Origin: a virus
Virus record (IMG/VR): IMGVR_UViG_3300034190_002630
Reading direction: 5' to 3' (one strand)
DNA length: 64,000 nucleotides
Every line of letters starts with the position of its first letter. The first letter of the stretch is position 1. The position numbers were made by a program, and so were the translations under genes. Shown piece after piece: positions 48,104 to 57,617 of the stretch. The notes beneath the pieces are model-generated. The model ran no database searches. It was not told where the DNA came from and was given only the letters and a program-made list of their open reading frames with translations.

Positions 48104-48325
48104 ATGTCTGATTTCAAACAAGCATTTGAAAAGGCTGGAGTTGATGAGTTAGAAGTTGCAAAACAGACTATCATCAATCAACAAGAAACAATCAGAGAAT
48201 TAGAATTTGATTGTGCAATGTTGCAAAGACAGTTAAGTGATCTTGGTCAAAAGATTGCTAAGATTACAAACAAACCCTTTAAGAAACCATTTACAAAAAA
48301 GTTTGAGAAACGTGCAGTCCAATAG
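48104..48325 (+). CDS. coiled-coil hypothetical protein
   Basis: AAGGA RBS; heptad pattern. Confidence 0.65.
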   Translation: MSDFKQAFEKAGVDELEVAKQTIINQQETIRELEFDCAMLQRQLSDLGQKIAKITNKPFKKPFTKKFEKRAVQ

Positions 48326-49109
48326 ACATTTTGTATATGGAAACGGTGAAAGTCGTAAGGGTTTTTCTGTAAAAAACTATGGAGGTGTGTCTTGGGGTTG
48401 TAATGCAATCTATAGAGACACCGCTGTAGATAATTTAGTTGTTGTAGATTATGCAATGCAAGGCGAAGTCTATGATAATGATTATCCTAAAAATCATAAA
48501 TGTTGGTTTACTGATTGGAATCCAATACCAAGTGATCCATTCATGATTGATACATTTACGAAAGATTTTGATGATAATAAAATATTTGAATATGGATTTG
48601 ATTACGGCACATGTGTTATAAACGGATCACATCCACAGGTTGTTGAACAAAAAGTGAATGAAATAAAAGATGACTTTCCACATTTAGATAAAAATGATTT
48701 ACAACTAAAAATGAATAAAGATTTAGGTTTGCATATCATTTATGACAATCCACAAGTCGATAAAATAGAATCGATAAGTGATCCACGAAATTGGTGTGCT
48801 GGATCAACAGCAGTACATCTTGCTTGTCAAAATGGTGCAGAAGAAGTATATATGTTTGGTTTTGATTTATCTACATATAATGATAACATAAATAATATAT
48901 ACAAAGGTAGTAGAAACTATTTGCCAGAAACAGCAAAAGGTTTCAATGCTGCTAATTGGCGTTCCCAATTATACATAACTTTCAATGAATATAGTAAAGT
49001 TAAGTTTAAATGGGTAGGAAATGATTTTAGATATATTAATAATTCTAAAATTATGGACTGTAAAAACGTAGAACTATTAACATACGATAACATAGGAGAC
49101 ATACGATGA
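48312..49109 (+). CDS. conserved hypothetical protein (GNGESR family, possible Maf/MptE-like fold)
   Basis: GNGESR, GCNAIYRD, VD, W.AG, GFD, NNIYKG; homologue at 56465-57337; GTG start inferred. Confidence 0.75.
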   Translation: MQSNRHFVYGNGESRKGFSVKNYGGVSWGCNAIYRDTAVDNLVVVDYAMQGEVYDNDYPKNHKCWFTDWNPIPSDPFMIDTFTKDFDDNKIFEYGFDYGTCVINGSHPQVVEQKVNEIKDDFPHLDKNDLQLKMNKDLGLHIIYDNPQVDKIESISDPRNWCAGSTAVHLACQNGAEEVYMFGFDLSTYNDNINNIYKGSRNYLPETAKGFNAANWRSQLYITFNEYSKVKFKWVGNDFRYINNSKIMDCKNVELLTYDNIGDIR

Positions 49110-50014
49110 CATTAGATAACATACGTAAAAATAATTCTCTTGACAAACTACTCGGTGCTGTCAAGGAAGAGAACCAACCTCAAGAAAAAAAATCATACAC
49201 TGATGAAAGGTTATGGAAACCAGAGTTAGATAAGTCTGGTAACGGATATGCCGTTTTAAGATTCTTACCTGCAGTGCATGGTGAGGACTTGCCTTGGGCG
49301 AAGGTTTATACTCATGCATTCCAAGGTCCTACAGGACAGTGGTATATTGAGAACTCACTTACTTCTATCGGAGGCAAAGACCCTGTATCAGAGTATAATT
49401 CAAAACTTTGGAACACAGGAATAGAATCTGATAAAGAGATTGCTCGTAAACAAAAGAGAAAATTATCATATTACTCAAATATTTACGTAGTAAGTGATCC
49501 AAAACACCCAGAGAACGAAGGTAAAGTTTTCTTATTTAAATATGGTAAGAAAATTTATGACAAACTTTTGGCTGCAATGCAACCAGAGTTTGAGGATGAA
49601 TCACCTATCAATCCATTTGATCCATTTTCAGGTGCGAACTTTAAATTAAAGATTCGTAAAGTAGATGGTTATTGGAACTATGATAAGTCAGAGTTCGAAG
49701 CACCTTCAAAATTATTTGATGATGAAACTAAAGTTGAAGAAGTGTGTTCAAAGGCATTTGCTTTATCTGAATTCACAAGTCAATCTAACTTCAAATCATA
49801 TGATGAGTTAAAAACACGATTAGATGTTGTGCTATCTGGCACAGTGTCAATCGGAAATGTGGCAGACGGTATCGCAGAGGTAAAGGAAACTAAACCAACT
49901 GCATCGACTGCTTCAACTACACAAGCGACAGATACGAACACTGATTCGTCTGCTGACAGTGTGGATGAAGAAGATGATACTATGTCATATTTTGAAAAGT
50001 TGGCAAACTCTTAA
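49106..50014 (+). CDS. 32: single-stranded DNA-binding protein gp32 (copy A)
   Basis: DERLWKPELDKSGNGYAVLRFLP, WYIENSLT, GANFKLKIRKVDGYWNYDKSEF, acidic tail. Confidence 0.95.
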   Translation: MTLDNIRKNNSLDKLLGAVKEENQPQEKKSYTDERLWKPELDKSGNGYAVLRFLPAVHGEDLPWAKVYTHAFQGPTGQWYIENSLTSIGGKDPVSEYNSKLWNTGIESDKEIARKQKRKLSYYSNIYVVSDPKHPENEGKVFLFKYGKKIYDKLLAAMQPEFEDESPINPFDPFSGANFKLKIRKVDGYWNYDKSEFEAPSKLFDDETKVEEVCSKAFALSEFTSQSNFKSYDELKTRLDVVLSGTVSIGNVADGIAEVKETKPTASTASTTQATDTNTDSSADSVDEEDDTMSYFEKLANS

Positions 50015-50049
50015 TCTGGTCAATATTGTCGCACCCTGTAAAAAGGGTG

Positions 50050-50080
50050 TTGACAATACCCTTAGTTTTGTGTTATATTA
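50050..50080 (+). promoter_or_regulatory. sigma70-like promoter
   Basis: TTGACA followed by TG-t-TATATT upstream of 50111/50156. Confidence 0.55.
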
Positions 50081-50155
50081 ATATCAATAACAAAAACAAA
50101 GGAAAGTATAATGATACAATCTTTAAAAAACCTATTTACTAAAAGGAGTAATATC

Positions 50156-50410
50156 ATGGGAAGAAAAAAACTTGCTAATTCTACAAAGTTTCTTAATGCA
50201 TTATTAAGAGGCGAGACCATTACTTGGGCTCAAGCAAGAACTACTTTCAATCTTCAGCGTCCAAGAGCTGTAGTTGAAAAACTAAGAGAAGACGGACACT
50301 GTGTGTACGCAAACAAATCTGTAAAGAGTGGAACTTCTTACAGAATTGGTAAACCTTCAAAAGAAATCATTGCCGCTGGAATGGCTGCAATTGATGGCGT
50401 TTACGCATAA
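50156..50410 (+). CDS. small putative winged-helix DNA-binding protein
   Basis: AAGGAG RBS before 50156 (alternative start 50111); PRAVVEKLREDGHCVY..YRIG.PS. Confidence 0.65.
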   Translation: MGRKKLANSTKFLNALLRGETITWAQARTTFNLQRPRAVVEKLREDGHCVYANKSVKSGTSYRIGKPSKEIIAAGMAAIDGVYA

Positions 50411-50432
50411 TCTTAATCCTTAGTCTATCCTT

Positions 50433-50457
50433 AGAGGGCGCTTCGGCGCCCTTTTTT
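50433..50457 (+). terminator. intrinsic terminator with C(UUCG)G loop at strand convergence
   Basis: agagggcgc-ttcg-gcgccctttttt. Confidence 0.9.
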
Positions 50458-52096
50458 AGTTTGAAGGTCTTGCGGCTAGTGCCATTGATGTTAAGAAATC
50501 CATACCTACAATAGGTCGACTTGTATGTTGTGTGTTATTCACACTGCTTGAACTTGCATCAACATTTACTGCTGCCGCAGTATTCATAATACCTCTATCT
50601 AATTCTTCAAGTAGTGATTGTCTTTGCTCTAATAATGCAACTGCTTCAGTCAGATCTGCTTTTAATTGTGTGAATTTAGTTTCATTCTGAACATTATCTT
50701 GATTTAATCTTCTTCTAAGTTCTACAAGATTGCCTTCACCACCACCCATTACATCAGCAATCATTTTTTCAGTATTAGTTTGAAATGAACTTTTATTACC
50801 TGCATCAGTGTTGAAACTAAAGATACTACCACCAGTTCCACCAAACTCCTCAGGTACTTTAGTCATATCAATAGTAAAATCCTCTTTAGTAATATCAAAT
50901 AATCCAAAAGTAAGACTATTTACAAGACCTGCAAGTGATGCTTTAAAAACTTCTATTGCACGTCCAAACCTAGAACCTGCTCTATCAGGGTTTTCTTTAT
51001 CAAGTTGTCTAGATGCTTCTTCAAAACCTGCGGTGACTGTATCAAAAACTGCAAAACCTGCTGTAAGTACAATTCCAACAAGACCTGCACCTTTTGCCAA
51101 TCTAGCACTCTGAAATGCCTTTGACATGAAACCAGGGCTCTTCTTATCAATACCTGCCGCCTTTCTACTCTTTGTGGCTGCATCATCTGTAAGACCTAAA
51201 GCAGTTCCAAGTGCAGTTGCAGCGCCTGTAATCTTTGCACCTATTTTTGCTATGTTTGTTGCAAGTTTACCATTTTTACCAAATAAATCTTTGAATTTTG
51301 AAAATGCACCATCTTTCTTTGTTAAGTTATCTACGTCTTTTGTGATATCTGCCTTGCCAAATAGTTTATTGATACCTTTCCTAATAAGACCATCTTTTGC
51401 AAACAATCCACCTAAAGCTGCAAAAGATAAAAATAATGCATTTTTACCAAGTCGTAATACTAACAAAGGATTTAGTAATAGTAATAATATACCAAGGGCT
51501 TTTACTATTGGGCCTACGTCAGAAAACAAACCCTTAAATGTATCCATATCTGGGTTGGCAAGAAAAGATTCTATATTTTTGTTTGTTTCTACAAAAGCAT
51601 CACGCACTTGTCCAAAAAAATCTATAAATTTTTCGATAACACCAGGTAATTTTTTTGCTAAGAAATCTATCATTTTTTCAAACATATCACTATTCACAAA
51701 TGCAAGTGCGGCTGCAAGTGAAGCGATAGTGCCCAAACCAAACCCTGCAATCTTTCCTACTGTGCTACCAAGAAAGTCTTTAAGTGGTGCTGTAAATGCT
51801 GTGAACGCTGAACCTAATTTAGTTCCTAATGTTCCTATTGAGTTTTTTAAACCGCCAAATAGTTTAGATTGACCTAATCTATCTTTTAATCTTTCAACGA
51901 ATGATTGTCTGTTTGTTTCTTGATCTAAATTTTTTTGATCTTGATTGTCTTTTTTTATACTGTCTTTTAGATCATCTATTGATTGAGAGGTATCATCAGC
52001 AATTATATTTTGTTGCATCATCTCATTAGTTTTTCTAACAGACTCAGCAATCTGTGTTAACAGACCCGTTTGTGCTACTAATTCTTTATCAGCCAT
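50456..52096 (-). CDS. tape-measure-like / baseplate hub protein
   Basis: 546 aa, helical, G/A/L-rich with hydrophobic stretches; follows gp26-gp51. Confidence 0.55.
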   Translation of the reverse strand: MADKELVAQTGLLTQIAESVRKTNEMMQQNIIADDTSQSIDDLKDSIKKDNQDQKNLDQETNRQSFVERLKDRLGQSKLFGGLKNSIGTLGTKLGSAFTAFTAPLKDFLGSTVGKIAGFGLGTIASLAAALAFVNSDMFEKMIDFLAKKLPGVIEKFIDFFGQVRDAFVETNKNIESFLANPDMDTFKGLFSDVGPIVKALGILLLLLNPLLVLRLGKNALFLSFAALGGLFAKDGLIRKGINKLFGKADITKDVDNLTKKDGAFSKFKDLFGKNGKLATNIAKIGAKITGAATALGTALGLTDDAATKSRKAAGIDKKSPGFMSKAFQSARLAKGAGLVGIVLTAGFAVFDTVTAGFEEASRQLDKENPDRAGSRFGRAIEVFKASLAGLVNSLTFGLFDITKEDFTIDMTKVPEEFGGTGGSIFSFNTDAGNKSSFQTNTEKMIADVMGGGEGNLVELRRRLNQDNVQNETKFTQLKADLTEAVALLEQRQSLLEELDRGIMNTAAAVNVDASSSSVNNTQHTSRPIVGMDFLTSMALAARPSN

Positions 52097-52254
52097 TATT
52101 TTCTTTTTGCAGCTTCCTCTCTTGCTTTACGTTCTTCTTCTTTTAAATGTTCTACTAACATTATAACGTACACTTCTCTTTCCCATGGCATCATATTTTC
52201 GAGTTCAGTCAAACTATATTTGTGATGTTGCACCAAACTAAAATTAGTTTGCAT
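52096..52254 (-). CDS. 51: baseplate hub assembly protein gp51 (not in ORF track; probably reached by -1 frameshift)
   Basis: TNFSLVQHHKYSLTELENMMPWEREVY. Confidence 0.85.
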   Translation of the reverse strand: MQTNFSLVQHHKYSLTELENMMPWEREVYVIMLVEHLKEEERKAREEAAKRK

Positions 52255-52286
52255 ATAGTTTTCCACACTATCATGAGAAAGACAAA

Positions 52287-52982
52287 TTAAAAAAAACTAT
52301 CTAAACCCTCCAACAAAACTTTACTTTTCTTTTTAGTTTTAGAGTTTTTTACTTCAATCTCATGTCTCACTTTTGGCATAGAATTAAAAAATTCCATTAG
52401 TCTTTCAAACTGTTCAGAATTAAAAGAGTCCATAAAATCATCTAATTCTTTATCAGTGAAATCGCCCTGTCGCATCACTTTATCTTCTGTGTGTATTTCT
52501 CTGACACACTTTTTTATAGTTTTAAACACAGCATCAGTATCCTTATCACCTGACATATCAATATCTTTTATAGTAGGATAGTTCATAACCATTTTCACAT
52601 CATCTGTTATATTTATCTCATTTGTGTGATTTTCTGGCATTTGAACATCTATTGATTCTAAGTTTACTTTTACTTTTTCTTTAGTTTTATTATCGTCTGG
52701 GCAAGTGACTAAAACATCTACTGTCTCACCAACAGATTTTGCACGTAGATTTAAAAATACATATTCTAAATCAAACAATGGATTTTTCTCTGTAACTTTT
52801 CCAAATGTGCAAGTTTTAATGATGTCAAGTGTTGCTTGAGTTATCATATTTTTTTTGTTACTTTGTTGTGCTAATAAAAGAACCTTTTGTTCTTTTACAA
52901 GAAAAGGTCGAAACTCAATGGTTTCGCCTGTCGATGGTAGCTCCAAAGGATACTTTGGAGTATTTAATATTGGCAGTGCCAT
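52287..52982 (-). CDS. 26: baseplate hub subunit/chaperone gp26
   Basis: MALP..PKY.LELPSTG..FRPFLVKEQK, FDLEY.FL.LRAKSVGE, CPDD, FFNSMPK, LEGLDSFF. Confidence 0.9.
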   Translation of the reverse strand: MALPILNTPKYPLELPSTGETIEFRPFLVKEQKVLLLAQQSNKKNMITQATLDIIKTCTFGKVTEKNPLFDLEYVFLNLRAKSVGETVDVLVTCPDDNKTKEKVKVNLESIDVQMPENHTNEINITDDVKMVMNYPTIKDIDMSGDKDTDAVFKTIKKCVREIHTEDKVMRQGDFTDKELDDFMDSFNSEQFERLMEFFNSMPKVRHEIEVKNSKTKKKSKVLLEGLDSFF

Positions 52983-52996
52983 ATGTCGCTCCTATC

Positions 52997-53695
52997 TTAT
53001 AATCGTCTCAATACAGAAGGTAATTTAGATCTCAATTTTCTCTCTACTGTATTTACAAAAACATCACCTATTCTCTCAAGTAATGATCTAGGTAAATCTG
53101 CCTCATCTGTCAGATTCTTCCAATATCTATATGCCCATGAAACAGTTACAAAACTCAATGAGTTATTTGTTGCATAGTCTAAAGATATTTCACTTGTGTT
53201 AACCGGAAAGCATTCCACAAGTTCAACACCGTGTCTTCTTCTATCTTGTCTATCAAGTTGAAATATTTGAAGAGAACCGATGTAATCATTATAATAATTT
53301 ACAGAAAAATCATTTCTGTTGGCAATCAGTCTTTGCCATGAGTCAATAAAATTTCTTTCTTTATGATCGTTAGATAAACGTATTGTTGTTGATATGTCTG
53401 CAAAAGTTTGACCTGTCACTATTTTACGAGTTGGTCCATAAATATTTGTATCTTCATTTGTTTCAAGTGTCATGCCTGGAAATGCAACTGAAGTTACTTC
53501 TAAAGATGTTCTTCTTATAATATCTTTATTACTACCAAATGGTGATTCATTTCCTATGCCTTGAATACCCACAGGTGGTGTAATAATAACTTCATATCTA
53601 CTTGGTGATGCATAACCATCATCAGTTCTAAAAAAACCTAATAGTTCATTTAAAACACCATATGCGAATCCGTCTAGTAAACTACTTCTTGCCAT
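52997..53695 (-). CDS. tail tube-like protein (gp54/gp19 family)
   Basis: PSRYEV, FPG, ER.FIDSWQ, YYNDYIG..IFQLD, ECFP, V.WAYRYW. Confidence 0.75.
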   Translation of the reverse strand: MARSSLLDGFAYGVLNELLGFFRTDDGYASPSRYEVIITPPVGIQGIGNESPFGSNKDIIRRTSLEVTSVAFPGMTLETNEDTNIYGPTRKIVTGQTFADISTTIRLSNDHKERNFIDSWQRLIANRNDFSVNYYNDYIGSLQIFQLDRQDRRRHGVELVECFPVNTSEISLDYATNNSLSFVTVSWAYRYWKNLTDEADLPRSLLERIGDVFVNTVERKLRSKLPSVLRRL

Positions 53696-54126
53696 TATAC
53701 TTTATGCCTTTTTCTGTTTGATAAGTGAGCTGCCTCTACATCATCTTTGCTTTGACCATAATATTCGACAGCGTGCCCTTTTTGACACATTAAACTATTT
53801 ACCGATTTACCGTCAATGAATACATCACCAAGTATTCTGCCAAACTTACCTGTTTCGTCACCTTTGTAAGTTTTGATAGTTACCTTTTTACTCTTTTTAA
53901 TTTGTTCTTGTAAAAACTTTTTAGATAGTAAACCATATTTCTTTTCTACTTTATCTCTTGTTCTACTTTCTGGCGTATCAATACCAAATAGTCTAACTCT
54001 ACTCTTATACTTGATATCAAAACCTAAATCAAGCATTACATCTATTGTATCACCATCAACAATCTTTGTTACTTTGTCAACACGATAACTAAAATCTGTT
54101 GGGTCACCTAGTTTCTGTTTTGCCAT
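53695..54126 (-). CDS. thermonuclease (SNase-like)
   Basis: KIVDGDTIDV, RVRLFGIDTPES, GKFGRILG. Confidence 0.88.
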   Translation of the reverse strand: MAKQKLGDPTDFSYRVDKVTKIVDGDTIDVMLDLGFDIKYKSRVRLFGIDTPESRTRDKVEKKYGLLSKKFLQEQIKKSKKVTIKTYKGDETGKFGRILGDVFIDGKSVNSLMCQKGHAVEYYGQSKDDVEAAHLSNRKRHKV

Positions 54127-54293
54127 TATAGTACCTTGCCCTTATTAACACCTGATTTGATAACATATTTCTGTGTACCATTGGCGCCAACTTCTACCTC
54201 TTTTCGTAGATGTTTTGTTAAATTTAATTCTTGTTTTTTTCTGTACACTTCTCTTGCGTGTTCAGTTAATTGTTTTGTTCTATCTCTATCCAT
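54126..54293 (-). CDS. 55-aa basic protein (not in ORF track)
   Basis: MDRDRTKQLTEH...GANGTQKYVIKSGVNKGKVL; TAATG overlaps at both ends. Confidence 0.7.
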   Translation of the reverse strand: MDRDRTKQLTEHAREVYRKKQELNLTKHLRKEVEVGANGTQKYVIKSGVNKGKVL

Positions 54294-54850
54294 TAGAATG
54301 TCTTTCTACTCTTAGCAAAAACAGAACCAATTGTTGCACCTTGAAACTGTGCGACAGGTAGATAAGCTGCCAATGCCATCTCATTCACATCAACTCTCAA
54401 AAATTGAGACCTGACCTGTGAGTACAAATATCTTTTAATACTTGCCTTTACATATTTATTAGACTTTATCGAGTCATATGAGGCTTGAATTTTTGTTGAT
54501 TGGTCAAACTTATTGTTACTTGCTAGTGTCTGTAACTGTTGTAAAAATGCAAATCTAGCACCGTAAGGCAGATAATGAAAATTTAAACCAATAAAACCAC
54601 CTTTCATAGTGTCAATTGGTAAAACTAGAGGGAATGTGTCATAATATGGTAGTCGTGCTTTTGTTTTAGGGTCATAAAAGAACATACTCATACGACCAGC
54701 ACTAGGTCTACCTAGTAACTTACCAGAGGCAAACAATTCACTAGGACTAGTTCTATCTGCGATAAGAGATACAGCGTTTCTGTACCAACTAGCACTCTTT
54801 TGTTTGTTGCCTTGTAAATCTTTTAGTGGTTAAAATATATCAATTGCCAT
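54293..54850 (-). CDS. 2: DNA end protector gp2, with in-frame TAA at codon 7 as given
   Basis: MFFYDPK...LPYYDTFPLV, GLNFHYLP, KRYL; upstream in-frame MAIDIF*PLKDL...SASWYR. Confidence 0.85.
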
Positions 54851-54855
54851 ACCAC

Positions 54856-54863
54856 TATTTATA
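54856..54863 (-). promoter_or_regulatory. T4-type late promoter
   Basis: TATAAATA 5 nt upstream of gp2 ATG. Confidence 0.75.
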
Positions 54864-54864
54864 A

Positions 54865-54895
54865 GAAAACCCCTAGCGATTTCTCGCTAGAGGTC
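54865..54895 (-). terminator. intrinsic terminator after gp32 copy B
   Basis: ctagcga-gaaa-tcgctag followed by ggg-tttt on minus strand. Confidence 0.75.
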
Positions 54896-54922
54896 AATGC
54901 TTTGGTAATGAGAGAGAAAGGA

Positions 54923-55813
54923 CTAATCTTCGTCTGCTAATTTACTAAAGTAAGATAATGTATCATCATCTTCGCTAGCAGGCGTTGATTCGCTTACCTT
55001 CGGCATTTCTACAGCCGTTGTAGTCTGTGGTGGGAGGTCTACAGAGTCTACTGTCGCTGTACTTTGCGTACCCGTAATTACCCTATTCAGTTTCTCTTTG
55101 AGTTCATCATAGGTCTTAAAATTACTAGGGTCAACAAATGGTTTTAGAGGGTGTTGTTTTTCCCAAATCGCTTTGATTTCGTCATCTGACGCTTTCAATG
55201 GCGTAACACCTTCAAATTCGGATTTGTCGTAGTTCCAATAACCATCAACTTTTCTAATTTTCAGTTTAAAGTTTGCACCTTTCCAAAAATCAAATGGGTT
55301 GATTGCTTGTTCATCTTCAAACGCTGGTTGCATGGCTTCAGTAATCTTATCAAAGATTTTCTTACCAAACTTGTACAGTTTTACCTGTCCTTCGTTCTCT
55401 GGATGTTTAGGGTCTGATACAACATAGATGTTTGCATAGTAAGATAATTTTCTTTTTCTCTTTCTAGCAATCTCTTTGTCACTATCAACACCAGTATTCC
55501 ACAATCTAGTATTCTCTTCACTAACAGGATCCTTTTGATTAAGAGTTGTTAATGAGTTCTCAATAAACCAACCACCTTTGTCTTGAAACGCATGTGTCCA
55601 AACTCTCTGCCATGGCATTTCTTCACCATTAGAAGCAGGCAAGAAACGAATAACAGCATAACCGTTACCAGTTTTATCTAGTTCAGGTTTCCATAACCTG
55701 TCGTCTTGATACTTGTTGTTTGATTGTTGGTTCTCTGGTTGCATTTTAGTTTCCAGAGCTTTTGTGATTGCGTCAAAGTTACTTGACGACTTTTTTAGAC
55801 TTTCAAAATCCAT
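54923..55813 (-). CDS. 32: single-stranded DNA-binding protein gp32 (copy B)
   Basis: DDRLWKPELDKTGNGYAVIRFLP, GANFKLKIRKVDGYWNYDKSEF, DDTLSYFSKLA. Confidence 0.95.
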   Translation of the reverse strand: MDFESLKKSSSNFDAITKALETKMQPENQQSNNKYQDDRLWKPELDKTGNGYAVIRFLPASNGEEMPWQRVWTHAFQDKGGWFIENSLTTLNQKDPVSEENTRLWNTGVDSDKEIARKRKRKLSYYANIYVVSDPKHPENEGQVKLYKFGKKIFDKITEAMQPAFEDEQAINPFDFWKGANFKLKIRKVDGYWNYDKSEFEGVTPLKASDDEIKAIWEKQHPLKPFVDPSNFKTYDELKEKLNRVITGTQSTATVDSVDLPPQTTTAVEMPKVSESTPASEDDDTLSYFSKLADED

Positions 55814-55879
55814 AATTTTCTCCTTTGTATTTTATGTGTTCGTTGTCTTCGTGTGACCTGTATAATTCGGCCTCATTAT

Positions 55880-55887
55880 TATTTATA
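55880..55887 (-). promoter_or_regulatory. T4-type late promoter
   Basis: TATAAATA upstream of gp32 B. Confidence 0.7.
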
Positions 55888-55893
55888 AGAGTT

Positions 55894-56430
55894 TTAATGC
55901 CCATTTAAATAATTCTTTACAATCTCAGGCTTTGATACCACATATGGGTCATCATCATCTGAGAAATTATTAAAACCTGGTTCTTCAAACATCTTTTCAA
56001 CTACGCCATCATTTACAACGGCTGCATATCTCCAAGACCTCATGCCAAAACCTTGTTTAGGTTTAGCGACCAGCATTCCCATGTTACTAGTAAATGTACC
56101 ACAACCATCTGGTATCATCTTAACATTTTGTATTTCTAAATCTCTTGCCCAAGCATTCATAACAAATGCGTCATTTACTGATACACAATAAACATCATCA
56201 ATGCCTAGTTCTTTAAACTCATTGTACATTCTATCATAACTTGGTAGTTCTTCACTTGAGCATGTTGGCGTAAATGCACCAGGTAAACTGAACAATACTA
56301 TTCTTTTGCCTTTGAAAAGGTCATCTGTAGTTACATCTTTCCATGTACCACCGATAAATGTACAGCCGCCTTTTTCTTCGCTGTCGCCTTCTCTAAATTT
56401 AAATGTGTGTTTCTTTATATTCATAATCAT
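55894..56430 (-). CDS. peroxiredoxin (Prx5-like)
   Basis: LPGAFTPTCS, SVNDAFVMNAW, GFGMRSWRY. Confidence 0.92.
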   Translation of the reverse strand: MIMNIKKHTFKFREGDSEEKGGCTFIGGTWKDVTTDDLFKGKRIVLFSLPGAFTPTCSSEELPSYDRMYNEFKELGIDDVYCVSVNDAFVMNAWARDLEIQNVKMIPDGCGTFTSNMGMLVAKPKQGFGMRSWRYAAVVNDGVVEKMFEEPGFNNFSDDDDPYVVSKPEIVKNYLNGH

Positions 56431-56464
56431 ATTCTCTATTTTATTTGTTACTAATATACACTAA

Positions 56465-57337
56465 TCATGCTAGATTGTCAAGCGTGGAATAATCAGCATA
56501 TACTATATTTTTTCTACTTTCCCACTTCTCAATAGGACCATTGACACCATCACGGCCGTCATTATATCTGTTAATCTTGATAAATTTGATATCAGGATAC
56601 CAGTCCGCAAGTGTGTACCATTGATTAATCCAGTTCACACCAGGCGTAGGACCATTCTCTGGTGATACATAATGTTTCGTACCCTTATATAAATTATTTA
56701 CATTATTATTAATACTATTGATATCGTGACCTATCAAATAAATCTCTTTAGGTTGTTCTCTGTGTATAGCAACATAACCACTACTTGCACCACAAGCCCA
56801 ACCATGGTCGCCATGTTTTTTATCAGGTCTTTTTTGAATATCTGTTAATGATGTAGAATAATCAGGTTCTTTTATCCATGATACCTTAATCGTAGCATGG
56901 TTTATTTCTTTCTTTTGTAATTTGATAATATCTTTTTTAAACTTATCTGGTTCTCTCTTAATTAAATCTATGACACCTGATAATTTAGAACCATGCATTA
57001 CATATTCTTGACTATCACCTTTTTCATTTGTGATTAAAACTTTATCTAAGGCGTCTTTAGCTTCTTCTAAGTTTGTAATACCACCCATTAACATAGGTTC
57101 ATATGTCATGGCAGGTACTTTAGTCCAATCTCTGAAATAACATGGTATCTTTTGTGCTACACCAGCATGATATATCTCATGCATAATACCATGGTCAACA
57201 GCAGTTAATACATCTGGCATAAAATCTCTGTATATTGCATTGCACCCATATATGGTGCCGTGAGGTCTAAGTTTTTCTAAATCAAAACCTTTTCTACTCT
57301 CACCATTACCAATACAGAATACTTTACCACCAGCCAT
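56465..57337 (-). CDS. conserved hypothetical protein (GNGESR family)
   Basis: FCIGNGESR, GCNAIYRD, GWACG, IGHD, NNLYKGT; homologue of 48312-49109. Confidence 0.8.
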   Translation of the reverse strand: MAGGKVFCIGNGESRKGFDLEKLRPHGTIYGCNAIYRDFMPDVLTAVDHGIMHEIYHAGVAQKIPCYFRDWTKVPAMTYEPMLMGGITNLEEAKDALDKVLITNEKGDSQEYVMHGSKLSGVIDLIKREPDKFKKDIIKLQKKEINHATIKVSWIKEPDYSTSLTDIQKRPDKKHGDHGWACGASSGYVAIHREQPKEIYLIGHDINSINNNVNNLYKGTKHYVSPENGPTPGVNWINQWYTLADWYPDIKFIKINRYNDGRDGVNGPIEKWESRKNIVYADYSTLDNLA

Positions 57338-57617
57338 GTGCAACCCCCAATCCAAATACATTGACTATTGCAAAGTAACCTACAAGTATAGTAGGCCATG
57401 CTAGTTGGCGTCTGTAGTGTGCATAGAAGGCTGTTACACTACCGATAAAGAAACCAGGATATACTATTCGCATATCTGGATTATCAGCCGTAAAGGCAAG
57501 TGTCAAACTTGCACCAACTGTAAATAAGAAACTTGTTAATTCAAAATAGAAAGCCACTTTGTCTGATTTATAACTTGATGACCAAAAACTTTTAATCTTT
57601 TGCATTTTTTTACCCAT
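57324..57617 (-). CDS. three-TM membrane protein
   Basis: SYKSDKVAFYFE, PDMRIVYP; hydrophobic helices. Confidence 0.75.
   Translation of the reverse strand: MGKKMQKIKSFWSSSYKSDKVAFYFELTSFLFTVGASLTLAFTADNPDMRIVYPGFFIGSVTAFYAHYRRQLAWPTILVGYFAIVNVFGLGVAHGWW

Noticed and set aside
50808-51872. Plus-strand ORFs of 101 and 248 aa
   Set aside because: Antisense to the tape-measure-like gene, downstream of a terminator
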